This document shows, piece after piece, positions 48,470 to 57,610 of a stretch of 64,000 bases of DNA. Under the pieces are notes generated by a model. That model was not told the DNA's origin. It worked only from the letters and a program-made list of their open reading frames with translations, and did no database searches. Position 1 is the first letter of the stretch, and every line of letters begins with the position of its first letter. Source of the DNA: an uncultured Gemmatimonadales bacterium (GTDB lineage: Bacteria; Gemmatimonadota; Gemmatimonadetes; Longimicrobiales; RSA9); assembly GCA_963741945.1 (NCBI GenBank), contig CAVUKA010000006.1, forward strand, positions 160,001 through 224,000. Reading direction: 5' to 3'. The position numbers and the translations under genes are program-made.

Positions 48470-48731
48470 CCGCAGCCGGTACAGCGCGCCGCCGCCCCCA
48501 CCGCCGCCTCGGGAGGGGAGGCTGGAGGGGCGAATCACGATCGTGCAGGAGGACCGCTTCCGGCTGATGGACGGCGACGGCCGTGGCTACCTCTTCATCA
48601 CGCGGAAGCGCGCCGCTTCCCTGGACGACCTCGAGTATTGGCGCGATTCAGGGACGCGCGTGGCGGTGAGCTTCCGGGGCGTTCCCGACATCGGGGCGCT
48701 GGCGCACCATGTTCTACCCGCGAGTGATTGA
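48456..48731 (+). CDS. Small hypothetical protein, last gene of the fdh unit
   Basis: GAGGAG upstream, overlaps the nrfD stop. 'GRITIVQEDRFRL.D..GRGYLF' with high-GC3 codons. Confidence 0.65.
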   Translation: MPKRSRSRYSAPPPPPPPREGRLEGRITIVQEDRFRLMDGDGRGYLFITRKRAASLDDLEYWRDSGTRVAVSFRGVPDIGALAHHVLPASD

Positions 48732-50186
48732 CTGCCGCTCGCGCGCCGGCACGCCGGCCGGGGTGTCCCGGAGTCGCCGGAGCACCGATCGGGCGGCGTG
48801 ATAGCCGCACATGCCGTGTACGGCGCCGCCGGGTGGTGTGGCGGCGGAGCAGAGGTACAGGCCGGCGGCCGGCGTCGCGTACGGATGGAGGCTGGGCACC
48901 GGGCGGAAGAGAAACTGCCTCACGTCCTGGACCCCGCCGTTGATGTCCCCGCCCACCAGGTTGGCGTCGTGGTCCTCGAGCTGGCGCGTGTTCATGGTGC
49001 TGCGGGCCAGGATCGTGTCCCGGAACCCGGGAGCGAATCGTTCGATCTGCCGCTCCACGGGCCCCGTCATGTCCTCCGTCGACCCGTGCGGGACGTGGCA
49101 GTAGCCCCAGGCCGTGTGCTTCCCCGCCGGGGCGCGGGACGAATCGAACAGGCTCGGCTGCGCCACCAGCACGAAGGGCGCGTCATCGGGGCGACGGTAC
49201 CAGGCGGCTGCGGCCGAGTGCGCGATGGCCTCGGCGCTCCCCCCGACATGGACGGTGCCCGCCCGCCGGCACCCTTCCGCAGTCCACGGAATCGGCTCCG
49301 ACAGGGCCCAGTCCAGCTTGAAGACGCCTGGCGCGTACCGGTACCGTCGGAGGCGGCGGCGATAGCCTTCCGGCAGCCGGTGCCCGGCCACCTCCAGGAC
49401 CTGGCGAGGCGTCAGGTCGAGTACAGTGGCCCGGGCGGAGGGGAGGCTGTCCACGTCATCGACGCGCGATCCGGTCAGGATCGCGCCGCCGTATTGCCGG
49501 AGCAGCCCGGCCAGCGCGTCCGCGATGGCCTGGGAGCCACCCCGTGCGATGGGCCAGCCGGCGCCGTGTCCCGCCAGCGCGAGCATGATGCCGAATGCCG
49601 CCGACGGTGACCGGTCCAGCGGGAGCAGGGTGTGGCCGGCGATCCCGACGAAGAAGGCCCGGGCGCGGTCGCCGTCGAAGACGCGCCGGCTCAGGCCCAT
49701 GGCCGACTGGAAGCCGAGCACCCCCAGTCGCGCCATGAGAAGGGGGCGCGCCGGGATGTGCAGCGGAGGGGCAAGCGCTTCCTCCAGGAGGGTCTGCCAG
49801 CGGCGTACGAATGGGTCCATGAGCCGCTGGTACGCCCTTCGATCCTGCCCCAGCGTGGTTCCCGTCTCGGCGGTGGAGCCCAGGAGGAGGGCGGCCGTGC
49901 CATCGTCGAACGGGTGCGCCATGAGCACGGGCGGATGGATCCACTCGAGCCCGTGATCGCTCAGTGGAAGCGTCCGGAAGAACGGGGACCCGATGCCCAT
50001 CGGGTGCACGGCCGAGCACACGTCGTGGCGGAACCCCGGCAGCGTCAGCTCCTCGGTGCGCGTGCCACCGCCGATTCGTGCCGCCGCCTCGTGGACCGTT
50101 ACCCCCAGCCCCGCCCGCGCCAGCGCCACGGCCGCAGCAAGCCCGTTCGGGCCCGCTCCGACGACGACTACGTCTTCTTGCGCCAC
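48714..50186 (-). CDS. Phytoene dehydrogenase-like FAD-dependent oxidoreductase
   Basis: VVVGAGPNGLAAA, GFRHDVCSAVHP and CSAATPPGGAVHGMCG. Confidence 0.9.
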   Translation of the reverse strand: MAQEDVVVVGAGPNGLAAAVALARAGLGVTVHEAAARIGGGTRTEELTLPGFRHDVCSAVHPMGIGSPFFRTLPLSDHGLEWIHPPVLMAHPFDDGTAALLLGSTAETGTTLGQDRRAYQRLMDPFVRRWQTLLEEALAPPLHIPARPLLMARLGVLGFQSAMGLSRRVFDGDRARAFFVGIAGHTLLPLDRSPSAAFGIMLALAGHGAGWPIARGGSQAIADALAGLLRQYGGAILTGSRVDDVDSLPSARATVLDLTPRQVLEVAGHRLPEGYRRRLRRYRYAPGVFKLDWALSEPIPWTAEGCRRAGTVHVGGSAEAIAHSAAAAWYRRPDDAPFVLVAQPSLFDSSRAPAGKHTAWGYCHVPHGSTEDMTGPVERQIERFAPGFRDTILARSTMNTRQLEDHDANLVGGDINGGVQDVRQFLFRPVPSLHPYATPAAGLYLCSAATPPGGAVHGMCGYHAARSVLRRLRDTPAGVPARERQSITRG

Positions 50187-50534
50187 GCCACCTTCGCTCT
50201 CTCCACGGGCGAATGCCGGGGGCCCCGCCCGTACAGGAGCGCGGTGCCGAACCCGAACGCCAGCGGGGCCGTAGCCAGCATGATCTCCACCCGGATCGGC
50301 CGGTCGCTGGGATGCGCCTCGCTTCCGGACAGGACCGCGGCCCCCCAGCGCGGGAACGTGATGGCGTGGCTCCCCCACGCTTTCCGGCCGGATCTGCCGG
50401 CGCAAGTCCGGGGCCGGCGCCGGCGTGCAGCCGCCCATGGCTCGCGCCATGCGCCTCCCGGCACGCCTCTTCCATCCGCCCATGCCCGCAGGTCGACCAT
50501 GGCCCGATCCGACGCACCGAACACCGAGAGGCCC

Positions 50535-51083
50535 ATGCAGTGCAGCCCGCCGGCAGCGCTCCGGCCGACCCGGAGCTTGATCGTCGTCACGGCACTCACC
50601 ATCGCGCTGATGGCGCAAGTCAACGGCGCCAGGGCGCAGGTGCTCCCCACAGTGGCCGGAGCGGCCGGCGGGCTGGTCGCCGGCGGGATCGTCACCCTGA
50701 GCACCGCGGTGGCGCGCACCACGTTCACTTCGCTGTACGTCACCGACGTTCGCGACCTGGTCGGGTTCACGGGCATCCCGCTCGTGGCCGGTCCCGTTAC
50801 CGGAGCCACGCTGGGCCTGCTCGGTTCCGACATTCTCGCGGGCGCCACCGTCGGCGGGATCACGGGAATGGCGGGGGGGATCGTGATCGGCGCCGTGATA
50901 GGGAAGCTGCTCACGCCCGAGCCGGACGGTCCCTGGATCGGCGGCGAGATCGGCGCGGGCGCCGGGCTCCTGCTGGGCGCCGCGGTGGGCGGACTCCTGA
51001 GGGCCACCCGCCGTGGCGGCGGCACCCCTTCAGACCCTGGCGCCGCCGCCCGGATCCCGGTCGCCGTGACGATCCGATTCTGA
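50535..51083 (+). CDS. Exported/membrane protein with glycine-zipper helices
   Basis: Signal peptide ending ARA-Q, repeated GxxxG motifs, coupled to the next gene by TGATG. Confidence 0.6.
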   Translation: MQCSPPAALRPTRSLIVVTALTIALMAQVNGARAQVLPTVAGAAGGLVAGGIVTLSTAVARTTFTSLYVTDVRDLVGFTGIPLVAGPVTGATLGLLGSDILAGATVGGITGMAGGIVIGAVIGKLLTPEPDGPWIGGEIGAGAGLLLGAAVGGLLRATRRGGGTPSDPGAAARIPVAVTIRF

Positions 51084-52312
51084 TGAGCACGCGCCTGCTC
51101 GCCCGCCCCCGAACCCGCCTGACGGCTACCGGCAACGCCGGCGCCACTCTCGCCGCCGCGTTCGTCCTGGCTCTCTCCACCGCCGGCTGCGGCGTGCGCC
51201 AGCTGCCGGATCTGCCGACCCCTCCCTCCATGCCCGAGCCGGACCCCTCCTCGGTGGAGACCGTCCTCTTCCTCCTGGGCGACACGGGAAAGACGCCGGT
51301 GCTGGACCATCCGGTCCTGGGCGCGCTGAAGCAGGACGTGGCCCGCTGGTCGGCGGCGCTGGACCGGGACTCTGCCGTCGTCGTGGTGGTGATGGGCGAC
51401 ATCGTATACCCCGATGGCGTGCACGCGCCGGGCGAGCCCGGGTACGCCAACGACTCCGCGAGCGTGGCCGCACAGGTCGACGTGCTGGGCACCCCCGCGG
51501 CCAGGCGGTCCGCCATCGAGTATTTCGTGGCCGGAAACCACGACTGGGGCCTCCGCGACAGCTGGCCGGGCGCCGTGCGGCTCAACCACCTCGACGCCCT
51601 CCTCGACACCCTCCACGCCGCCGGGCACCTGCGCGTCTCCCTCCAGCCGGCCGCCGGCGAGGGCGGGCCCTCCGTCATCGATTTCGGAACGCGCCTCCGG
51701 CTCATCCTCCTCGACACCGCCTGGTGGCTCCTCGGTCCCGACCCGTCCGCCAAGCCGGACGTCCTCCGCCGCACGGCCGACGCCGTCCGCACGGCCGGGC
51801 AACGGAACATCGTGTTCGTCGCACACCACCCGTTCCAGTCGGCCGGCGCCCACGGCGGCACCGTCCCGTTCTGGAAATCGCTCGGCGTGCGGTTCCTGCT
51901 CAATCGCGCCGGCGCGCTGCTCGAGGACCTGAACTCCCGCCCGTATCGCAAGCTCCGCCAGGGCCTCGGCACGATCTTCGAGGAGCACGGCCGCCCCCTA
52001 CTCTTCGCCGGGGGCCACGACCACTCCATCCAGCTGATCGAGGGGCCGGAGCCGGGCACCCCCAGATGGTCCCTCGTGGACGGCGCAACCAGCAAGCTCA
52101 CGCCCGCCGGCTACGTGGATGGCATGATCTACCGCCGCTCCGAGCCCGGCTACGCCAAAGTGTTCTTCCTGCGCGACGGCTCCGCACAGCTCGTCATCCA
52201 GACCGCTCCCGTTCGCTTCCTCTCCTGCACGGGCACCGACGCCGCCCGCCAACGCTGCATGGCCGACGGCGCCCGCGCCTTCGCCCCCTCCTGGTCCGGC
52301 CTCCTCCGCTAG
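51083..52312 (+). CDS. Calcineurin-like metallophosphoesterase lipoprotein
   Basis: Lipobox TAGC, GDTG, GDIVY, GNHDW, HHP and GHDH. Confidence 0.88.
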   Translation: MSTRLLARPRTRLTATGNAGATLAAAFVLALSTAGCGVRQLPDLPTPPSMPEPDPSSVETVLFLLGDTGKTPVLDHPVLGALKQDVARWSAALDRDSAVVVVVMGDIVYPDGVHAPGEPGYANDSASVAAQVDVLGTPAARRSAIEYFVAGNHDWGLRDSWPGAVRLNHLDALLDTLHAAGHLRVSLQPAAGEGGPSVIDFGTRLRLILLDTAWWLLGPDPSAKPDVLRRTADAVRTAGQRNIVFVAHHPFQSAGAHGGTVPFWKSLGVRFLLNRAGALLEDLNSRPYRKLRQGLGTIFEEHGRPLLFAGGHDHSIQLIEGPEPGTPRWSLVDGATSKLTPAGYVDGMIYRRSEPGYAKVFFLRDGSAQLVIQTAPVRFLSCTGTDAARQRCMADGARAFAPSWSGLLR

Positions 52313-52567
52313 TACTCCGTTCCCCGACAGCCCCCCTCGTGAACCCCCACGCCGAAATGGGCGGATTTCCCGATTGATCACTGCGGAATCTTTTTAGCAT
52401 CTTGGTGATACGGTTCGCCCGGCTTCATCCTGCCAGAGTACTGGCGCCGCCCTCCGGCGCCCCGGACGATCCCCACGACACCGACCTGGACGCACCTGCT
52501 CGATAGATTGCTCGCGCCCCCGCAACAGGGAGGCGCTGTGGCCATCCTCCTTCCCTGGAGGCGGTGT

Positions 52568-53308
52568 ATGGAGTCGACTGTCATTGAACCGCGGCGTGCC
52601 CTGCTCGGTTCGTTCTCACCCTCGGAGCTGGGGCTCACGGGACAGGTGGCTGCCGGCTGGGGAGTGGGGGGCGGGCTGGTGGCCTGCGGGGTGGTGACCG
52701 GCCACATGGTGGCGGGGAATCTGAGCTCGAGCATGGCGATGTTGACGGCTACGCTGTTCTACGGCGTGGCGTCGATCCTGGGCTTCCTGCATGGCGGACT
52801 GCTCGGGTACGCGGGACGACCGGCGCCTGAGTCGCGGTTGCGGGCGCTCCGACACCTTGCACTGGCGCTGCTGTACGCGATCCCGCTGCTGGTGGTGGGC
52901 TGGGTGGTGGGGATGCTGATGGTCATGGCCACGATGGGGTACCTGACCGGGCGGCTCGGAACGCTGGTGGTGGGGCTGGTGGGGTGGCTCGCGGCGCTGG
53001 GGCTGCTCGCGTGGGCCTGGGTCGCCACGATGGAGGCGTTGCGGAACCTGCTCAGGCGCTGGCCTGCGGCGCGTGCGCTGCTGGTGGCGCTGGGGCTGGG
53101 ATTCCTGATGCTTCTCCCTCTCTTCCTTGCCACCCGTCCGGCCATCTGGGGGCTGGGGATCCGGCCCACGCGGACTGCGGCGGCAATCATGGCGCTGGCG
53201 GCCACGGCGTGGATCGGGGGCCCGCTGACGACGCTGGTCCTGCTTGCTGTCCGGGCATGGCGGCTGCGGCATCCGGGCTCGGGCGCGGCGACCGGGCGGG
53301 CGGCATGA
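52568..53308 (+). CDS. Hypothetical integral membrane protein (about 6 TM)
   Basis: GGAGG followed by ATG 52568. Hydrophobic Gly-rich helices, with 'GFLHGGLLGYAGRP'. Confidence 0.7.
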   Translation: MESTVIEPRRALLGSFSPSELGLTGQVAAGWGVGGGLVACGVVTGHMVAGNLSSSMAMLTATLFYGVASILGFLHGGLLGYAGRPAPESRLRALRHLALALLYAIPLLVVGWVVGMLMVMATMGYLTGRLGTLVVGLVGWLAALGLLAWAWVATMEALRNLLRRWPAARALLVALGLGFLMLLPLFLATRPAIWGLGIRPTRTAAAIMALAATAWIGGPLTTLVLLAVRAWRLRHPGSGAATGRAA

Positions 53309-54195
53309 CTCGAGGGCGGGAAACCGCCTCCAGTCTTCTGGCGCTGCTCCTGGTGCTGGGCGGATGCGGGGGCGCGGACACACCGGGGGCCACTCCGCGA
53401 TCGGCCGGTGCCACGACGCAGCCAGCAGCGGGGCTCGCGGGCGAGGCCATGGCTGCGGCGACGCCGGTGTCGTCAGCAGCGGCGGCGGCGCCGGTGTCGT
53501 CAGCAGCGGCGCCCGCGTCGCTGGGCTTGCGCAGGGCGCTGGAGGCGGTGGACTACGCATTCCCGCACAGCAAGCACGGCGGTGTGGACTGCCTGCGTTG
53601 CCACACGCGGCCGGCCAGCCATGTGACCCACCCCGACGCGCCCTGTACGGCGTGCCACACGCGACCCGCCGTCCTGGCTACGCTCCCGGCGCCCGCCAGG
53701 ACCGAATGCCTCGAGTGCCACCACGCCGAGAGGCCGGACCGTCCCTGCGCGCGCTGCCACGAGTCGGCGCCTCGCGCGCCCATTCCGGAACGGCTGAGCG
53801 TTGTCACCGCTGCCGGTAAAGGGCCGCGGACACGGATGGTGGCCTTCGACCACGCGCGGCATTCGGGACGCGCCTGCACCGCCTGCCACACGACGCCCGT
53901 GACCCGTGCGTTCGGCACGACATGCGGCAGCTGTCACGAATCCCACCACCGAGCTGAGGCGGAATGCATCACCTGTCACGACGGACGCGGGATCGCCGCG
54001 CACGACGACCGGAGTCACCGGAGCTGCGCCGGGGCCGAGTGTCACAGCGATCGAACGGTGCTGGGTCTCCCTCCCACGCGCAACGTGTGTCTGGTCTGCC
54101 ACGCGGATCGGCGGAGCCACTATCCGGGGGAGCAGTGCGCCGAATGCCACACGGGTTTCGGCGCCACGATCCGGGGCGCGCGAGGCGCCCGGTGA
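53305..54195 (+). CDS. Multiheme cytochrome c lipoprotein (9 CxxCH + 1 CX4CH)
   Basis: Lipobox LGGC. CLRCH, CTACH, CLECH, CARCH, CTACH, CGSCH, CITCH, CAGAECH, CLVCH, CAECH. c3/c7-like FxHxxH motifs. Confidence 0.88.
   Translation: MTRGRETASSLLALLLVLGGCGGADTPGATPRSAGATTQPAAGLAGEAMAAATPVSSAAAAAPVSSAAAPASLGLRRALEAVDYAFPHSKHGGVDCLRCHTRPASHVTHPDAPCTACHTRPAVLATLPAPARTECLECHHAERPDRPCARCHESAPRAPIPERLSVVTAAGKGPRTRMVAFDHARHSGRACTACHTTPVTRAFGTTCGSCHESHHRAEAECITCHDGRGIAAHDDRSHRSCAGAECHSDRTVLGLPPTRNVCLVCHADRRSHYPGEQCAECHTGFGATIRGARGAR
53462..53511 (+). repeat. 23-bp direct repeat with 27-nt period in the linker (PVSSAAA x2)
   Basis: CGCCGGTGTCGTCAGCAGCGGCG at 53462 and 53489. Confidence 0.8.
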
Positions 54196-55520
54196 TGCGG
54201 TTCGCGGAGGTGGGGATGCGCGGCGCCGGACGCGCGCGCTGGACGCCGCTGGTGCTCGTCGCCCTGCTCGCTCCCGTGCTCGGCCCGCGAGCGCTGGTGG
54301 CGCAGCAGCACCCTTCGAGCGAGGGTTGCATCGACTGCCACGCGACACTCGATGACCCGCGCCTGTCGGGGCCCGCCCGGGAGTTCCCCTCGGACATCCA
54401 CGCGGAGAAGGGGTTCGACTGCCTGTCATGCCACGGGCGGGTGCCGGCGGGCGGGGCGAGCGGGGCAATGGATCCGGCGAAAGGGTTCATTGCGAAGCCC
54501 ACGCGGGCCCAGATCCCGGAGCTGTGCGGCAGCTGCCACTCCGACATCGAGTTCATGAAGAAGTACAACCCGTCGCTGCGGGTGGATCAGCTGGCCGAGT
54601 ACTGGACATCCCGGCACGGCAAGGGACTGCTGGCGGGCGACGCGGACGTGGCCACGTGCGTGAGCTGCCATCCGGCCCACTCGATCCGGCCGCCGTCGGA
54701 TCCGGAATCGAGCGTGTACCCGACCCACATCGCCGATCTGTGCGGTTCGTGCCACGGCGACGAGAAGATCATGGGGCCGCGGGGACTGCCCACGGACCAG
54801 CTGACGCAGTGGCGGGGCAGCGTCCACGGTCGCCAGATGGTCGAGAAGGAAGACGTCTCGGCGCCCACGTGCAACGACTGCCATGGGAACCACGGCGCGG
54901 CGCCGCCCGGCGTCGCCTCCGTCCAGCGGGTATGCGGTCAGTGCCACAGCATCATGGCCGACGACTTCCACGGCAGCGCCCACGACCTCGCCTTCAGTGA
55001 CGCCGGGCTGCCGGGGTGCGAGACCTGCCATGGCAACCACGGGATCCAGACGCCGGTGGACTCGGACCTGGCGGTCCGCGCCCGACAGGTCTGCACGCGA
55101 TGCCATGAGCCGGGCGACACAGCGGCCAATGCCTTCAACGTCATCCTCTCCCTCATCGACTCGCTGAAAGTCGAGCGCGCGGGGGCCGAGGCCGTGCTGG
55201 CCCGGGCGGCGAATCTGGGAATGGAAGTGAGCCAGTCCCAGTTCGAGCTGCAGGACGTCAACAACGCCCTCACCCGCGCCAGGGCGGCCGTGCACACGTT
55301 CTCCGTCGATCCAGTCCGCACCGAGGTGGCCAGCGGCCTCGAGATCGTGGACCGCTCACGGGAGCGGGGCGATCACGCGCTCTGGGAACACGGCTTCCGT
55401 CGGGCCGGGCTGGGCGTGTCCGCCCTGTTCATTCTCCTCCTCATGGTCGGGCTCGTTCTGAAGATCCGGGAAATCGAGCGCCGGCCGCCCTCCCCGCCGC
55501 GGGAGAAAAGGACGCCATGA
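54195..55520 (+). CDS. Nonaheme cytochrome c with C-terminal membrane anchor
   Basis: Signal peptide. CIDCH, CLSCH, CGSCH, CVSCH, CGSCH, CNDCH, CGQCH, CETCH, CTRCH. Helical stalk and TM helix. Confidence 0.9.
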   Translation: MRFAEVGMRGAGRARWTPLVLVALLAPVLGPRALVAQQHPSSEGCIDCHATLDDPRLSGPAREFPSDIHAEKGFDCLSCHGRVPAGGASGAMDPAKGFIAKPTRAQIPELCGSCHSDIEFMKKYNPSLRVDQLAEYWTSRHGKGLLAGDADVATCVSCHPAHSIRPPSDPESSVYPTHIADLCGSCHGDEKIMGPRGLPTDQLTQWRGSVHGRQMVEKEDVSAPTCNDCHGNHGAAPPGVASVQRVCGQCHSIMADDFHGSAHDLAFSDAGLPGCETCHGNHGIQTPVDSDLAVRARQVCTRCHEPGDTAANAFNVILSLIDSLKVERAGAEAVLARAANLGMEVSQSQFELQDVNNALTRARAAVHTFSVDPVRTEVASGLEIVDRSRERGDHALWEHGFRRAGLGVSALFILLLMVGLVLKIREIERRPPSPPREKRTP

Positions 55521-56059
55521 TGATGCGACACCGGGATGCGGACCCGCACCGGGACACCAGCGCTTCGGCCGACGCAGATTCCGTCGGGCCGGAGGACACC
55601 GGGCCGGAGGACACCGGGGCCACCGCGGCCATGAGCCGCTCCCGATTCCTCACGTACGTTCTGGGCACCGGCGTCACCGGACTCGCGGCCGCTGTGATCT
55701 ACCCGGTGACCCGCTACATCATCCCGCCGGATGCGCCGGAATCCGCGGCGAACACCGTGGTGCTCGGGATGTCCGGGACCGACATCCCGCCGAACACCGG
55801 GCGGATCTTCAAGTTCGGCAACAAGCCCGGTCTGCTGCTGCGCACGCCGGGCGGCGAGCTGCGTGCGTTCTCCGCCGAGTGCACGCACCTCCAGTGCACG
55901 GTCCAGTACCGGACGGACCTGAGCCACATCTGGTGCGCGTGCCACAACGGGCACTACGACGTCTCCGGCCGCAACATTGCCGGCCCGCCGCCCGCTCCGC
56001 TCACGGAGTACGACGTGATCGAGCGGGGCGAGACCATAGTCGTGAGTCGAAAGGCATAG
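55517..56059 (+). CDS. Rieske [2Fe-2S] subunit of a Rieske/cytochrome b complex
   Basis: N-terminal TM, CTHLQC, CACHNG and GPPPAPL. Confidence 0.92.
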   Translation: MMMRHRDADPHRDTSASADADSVGPEDTGPEDTGATAAMSRSRFLTYVLGTGVTGLAAAVIYPVTRYIIPPDAPESAANTVVLGMSGTDIPPNTGRIFKFGNKPGLLLRTPGGELRAFSAECTHLQCTVQYRTDLSHIWCACHNGHYDVSGRNIAGPPPAPLTEYDVIERGETIVVSRKA

Positions 56060-56062
56060 GCC

Positions 56063-57229
56063 ATGGCGACGAAGACCACTACTCCCCCATCGACCCGACC
56101 GCCGGCGCCGGGCGCCGCTCCTGAGCCGACGTCGCCCGGCAGGCGTTCGGTCTGGGGCGGGCTGCTGCGCTGGCTCGATGACCGCACGGGGGCCTCCGCG
56201 CTCTGGCCACTGGCCCGGAAGAAGCGCGTGCCGATGCACCGGCACTCATTCTGGTACTACCTGGGTGGAATGGCCCTCTTCCTCCTGGTGCTGCAGGTGG
56301 CCACGGGGGTCCTGCTGCTCTTCTACTACCGGCCCAGCGCCGAGGGGGCGTTCGAATCGGTGCAGTTCCTGATGGCGGAAGTGAAGTTCGGCTGGCTCAT
56401 CCGCTCGATCCACGCGTGGGGGGCGAACCTGCTGATCCTCACGCTCTTCGTCCACCTGTTCAGCACGCTGCTGATGAAGGCCTATCGCAAGCCGCGCGAG
56501 CTGACCTGGATGACGGGCGTGGCCCTGTTCGCGCTCTTCCTCGGGCTCGGCTTCACCGGCTACCTCCTGCCGTGGAACGAGCTGGCACTGTTCGCCACGC
56601 GCGTCGGCACCGAGATCCCGGCGACCATCCCCGTGGCCGGGGGCTTCATCCGCCACGTGCTCCGAGGCGGAGATGACGTGACGGGCGCCACCCTCACCCG
56701 CTTCTACGCCCTGCACGTCTCCGTTCTACCCGGGCTCGCCATCCTCATCGTGGCCGTGCACGCGCTGCTGGTGCAGCGGCACGGGATGAGCGTGCCCCCG
56801 GCCATCGAGCGGGCGGGCGGCGCGAAGCGGAGTGTCCCGTTCTTCCCCAACTTCCTGATCCGCGACCTGGTGGGCTGGCTGGCCGCGCTGGCCATCCTCG
56901 CCTCCGCCGCCGCGTTCTTCCCCGCTCACCTCGGGGAGAAGGCCGACGCCTTCGCGTCCGCCCCGGCCGGCATCCGGCCCGAGTGGTACTTCATGTTCAT
57001 GTTCCAGACGCTGAAGTTCCTGCCCGCCCGGATCCTCGGGATCAACGGGGAGCTGGTGGGCGTGGCGGGGTTCGGCGCGGCCGCGCTCGTCCTCCTGCTC
57101 ATGCCGTTCCTCGACCGGCCGGACGCGCACGGCCACCACCGTGCGATCTGGCGCTACGTGGCCGTATTCGCTCTGGTCTACATCGTGGCGCTCACCTACG
57201 TCGGGTACGCCGTCGACCCCACCCGGTGA
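56063..57229 (+). CDS. Cytochrome b (b6-like plus subunit IV in one chain)
   Basis: [40 protein letters not shown] and PEWY. Confidence 0.95.
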   Translation: MATKTTTPPSTRPPAPGAAPEPTSPGRRSVWGGLLRWLDDRTGASALWPLARKKRVPMHRHSFWYYLGGMALFLLVLQVATGVLLLFYYRPSAEGAFESVQFLMAEVKFGWLIRSIHAWGANLLILTLFVHLFSTLLMKAYRKPRELTWMTGVALFALFLGLGFTGYLLPWNELALFATRVGTEIPATIPVAGGFIRHVLRGGDDVTGATLTRFYALHVSVLPGLAILIVAVHALLVQRHGMSVPPAIERAGGAKRSVPFFPNFLIRDLVGWLAALAILASAAAFFPAHLGEKADAFASAPAGIRPEWYFMFMFQTLKFLPARILGINGELVGVAGFGAAALVLLLMPFLDRPDAHGHHRAIWRYVAVFALVYIVALTYVGYAVDPTR

Positions 57230-57282
57230 GCCGCGCGGGAAGAGGCCAGCGGCGCGGAGGGCGCCAAGAATGCGAAGAACGC

Positions 57283-57467
57283 CGGCTCACGCGAAGCCGC
57301 AGAGAACGCGAAGGGCATTGGGGGGCGAGGGAGCCGCCTCGCACGGACGCTGCGGGGCGTTCCCTGTAAAATGACCACCTGCGGGCGCAGCCCGGTGAGC
57401 GGACTCCGCCAGTGGACGGTGAACCCCCGGCGTGCCCTCGGCGTTCTCCGCGGCTTCGCGTGAGCCG
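57283..57467. repeat. 35-bp inverted repeat pair within a 9-nt-periodic intergenic repeat
   Basis: 57283-57317 matches the reverse complement of 57433-57467 at 32 of 35 positions. Confidence 0.8.
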
Positions 57468-57610
57468 CTGTTCGCCGTTCTCCGCGTGGAGAAACGCGGG
57501 GGTCCCCGAGCCGCGAAGCGGCGACGGGGACCGAGCCTCGATGGCTCGATCCCCGCCCCGCACCTTCGACTCCGCGTTGGACCGGGCGGGCACGCGCCCC
57601 GGCCCGGCGA

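Noticed and set aside
48714-50186. Carotenoid pathway crtI
   Set aside because: No crtB or crtE neighbours. It belongs to the widespread stand-alone phytoene-dehydrogenase-like family.
50168-50500. Short hydrophobic minus-strand peptide (MLATAPLAFGFGTALLY...) upstream of the oxidoreductase
   Set aside because: Could be a gene remnant, but there is no clear start or family signal.
52360-52410. AT-rich patch with TTGAT as an FNR/CRP box upstream of the Rieske/cyt b operon
   Set aside because: The second half-site (ATCAA) is absent. It is probably a promoter region, but no specific site can be supported.
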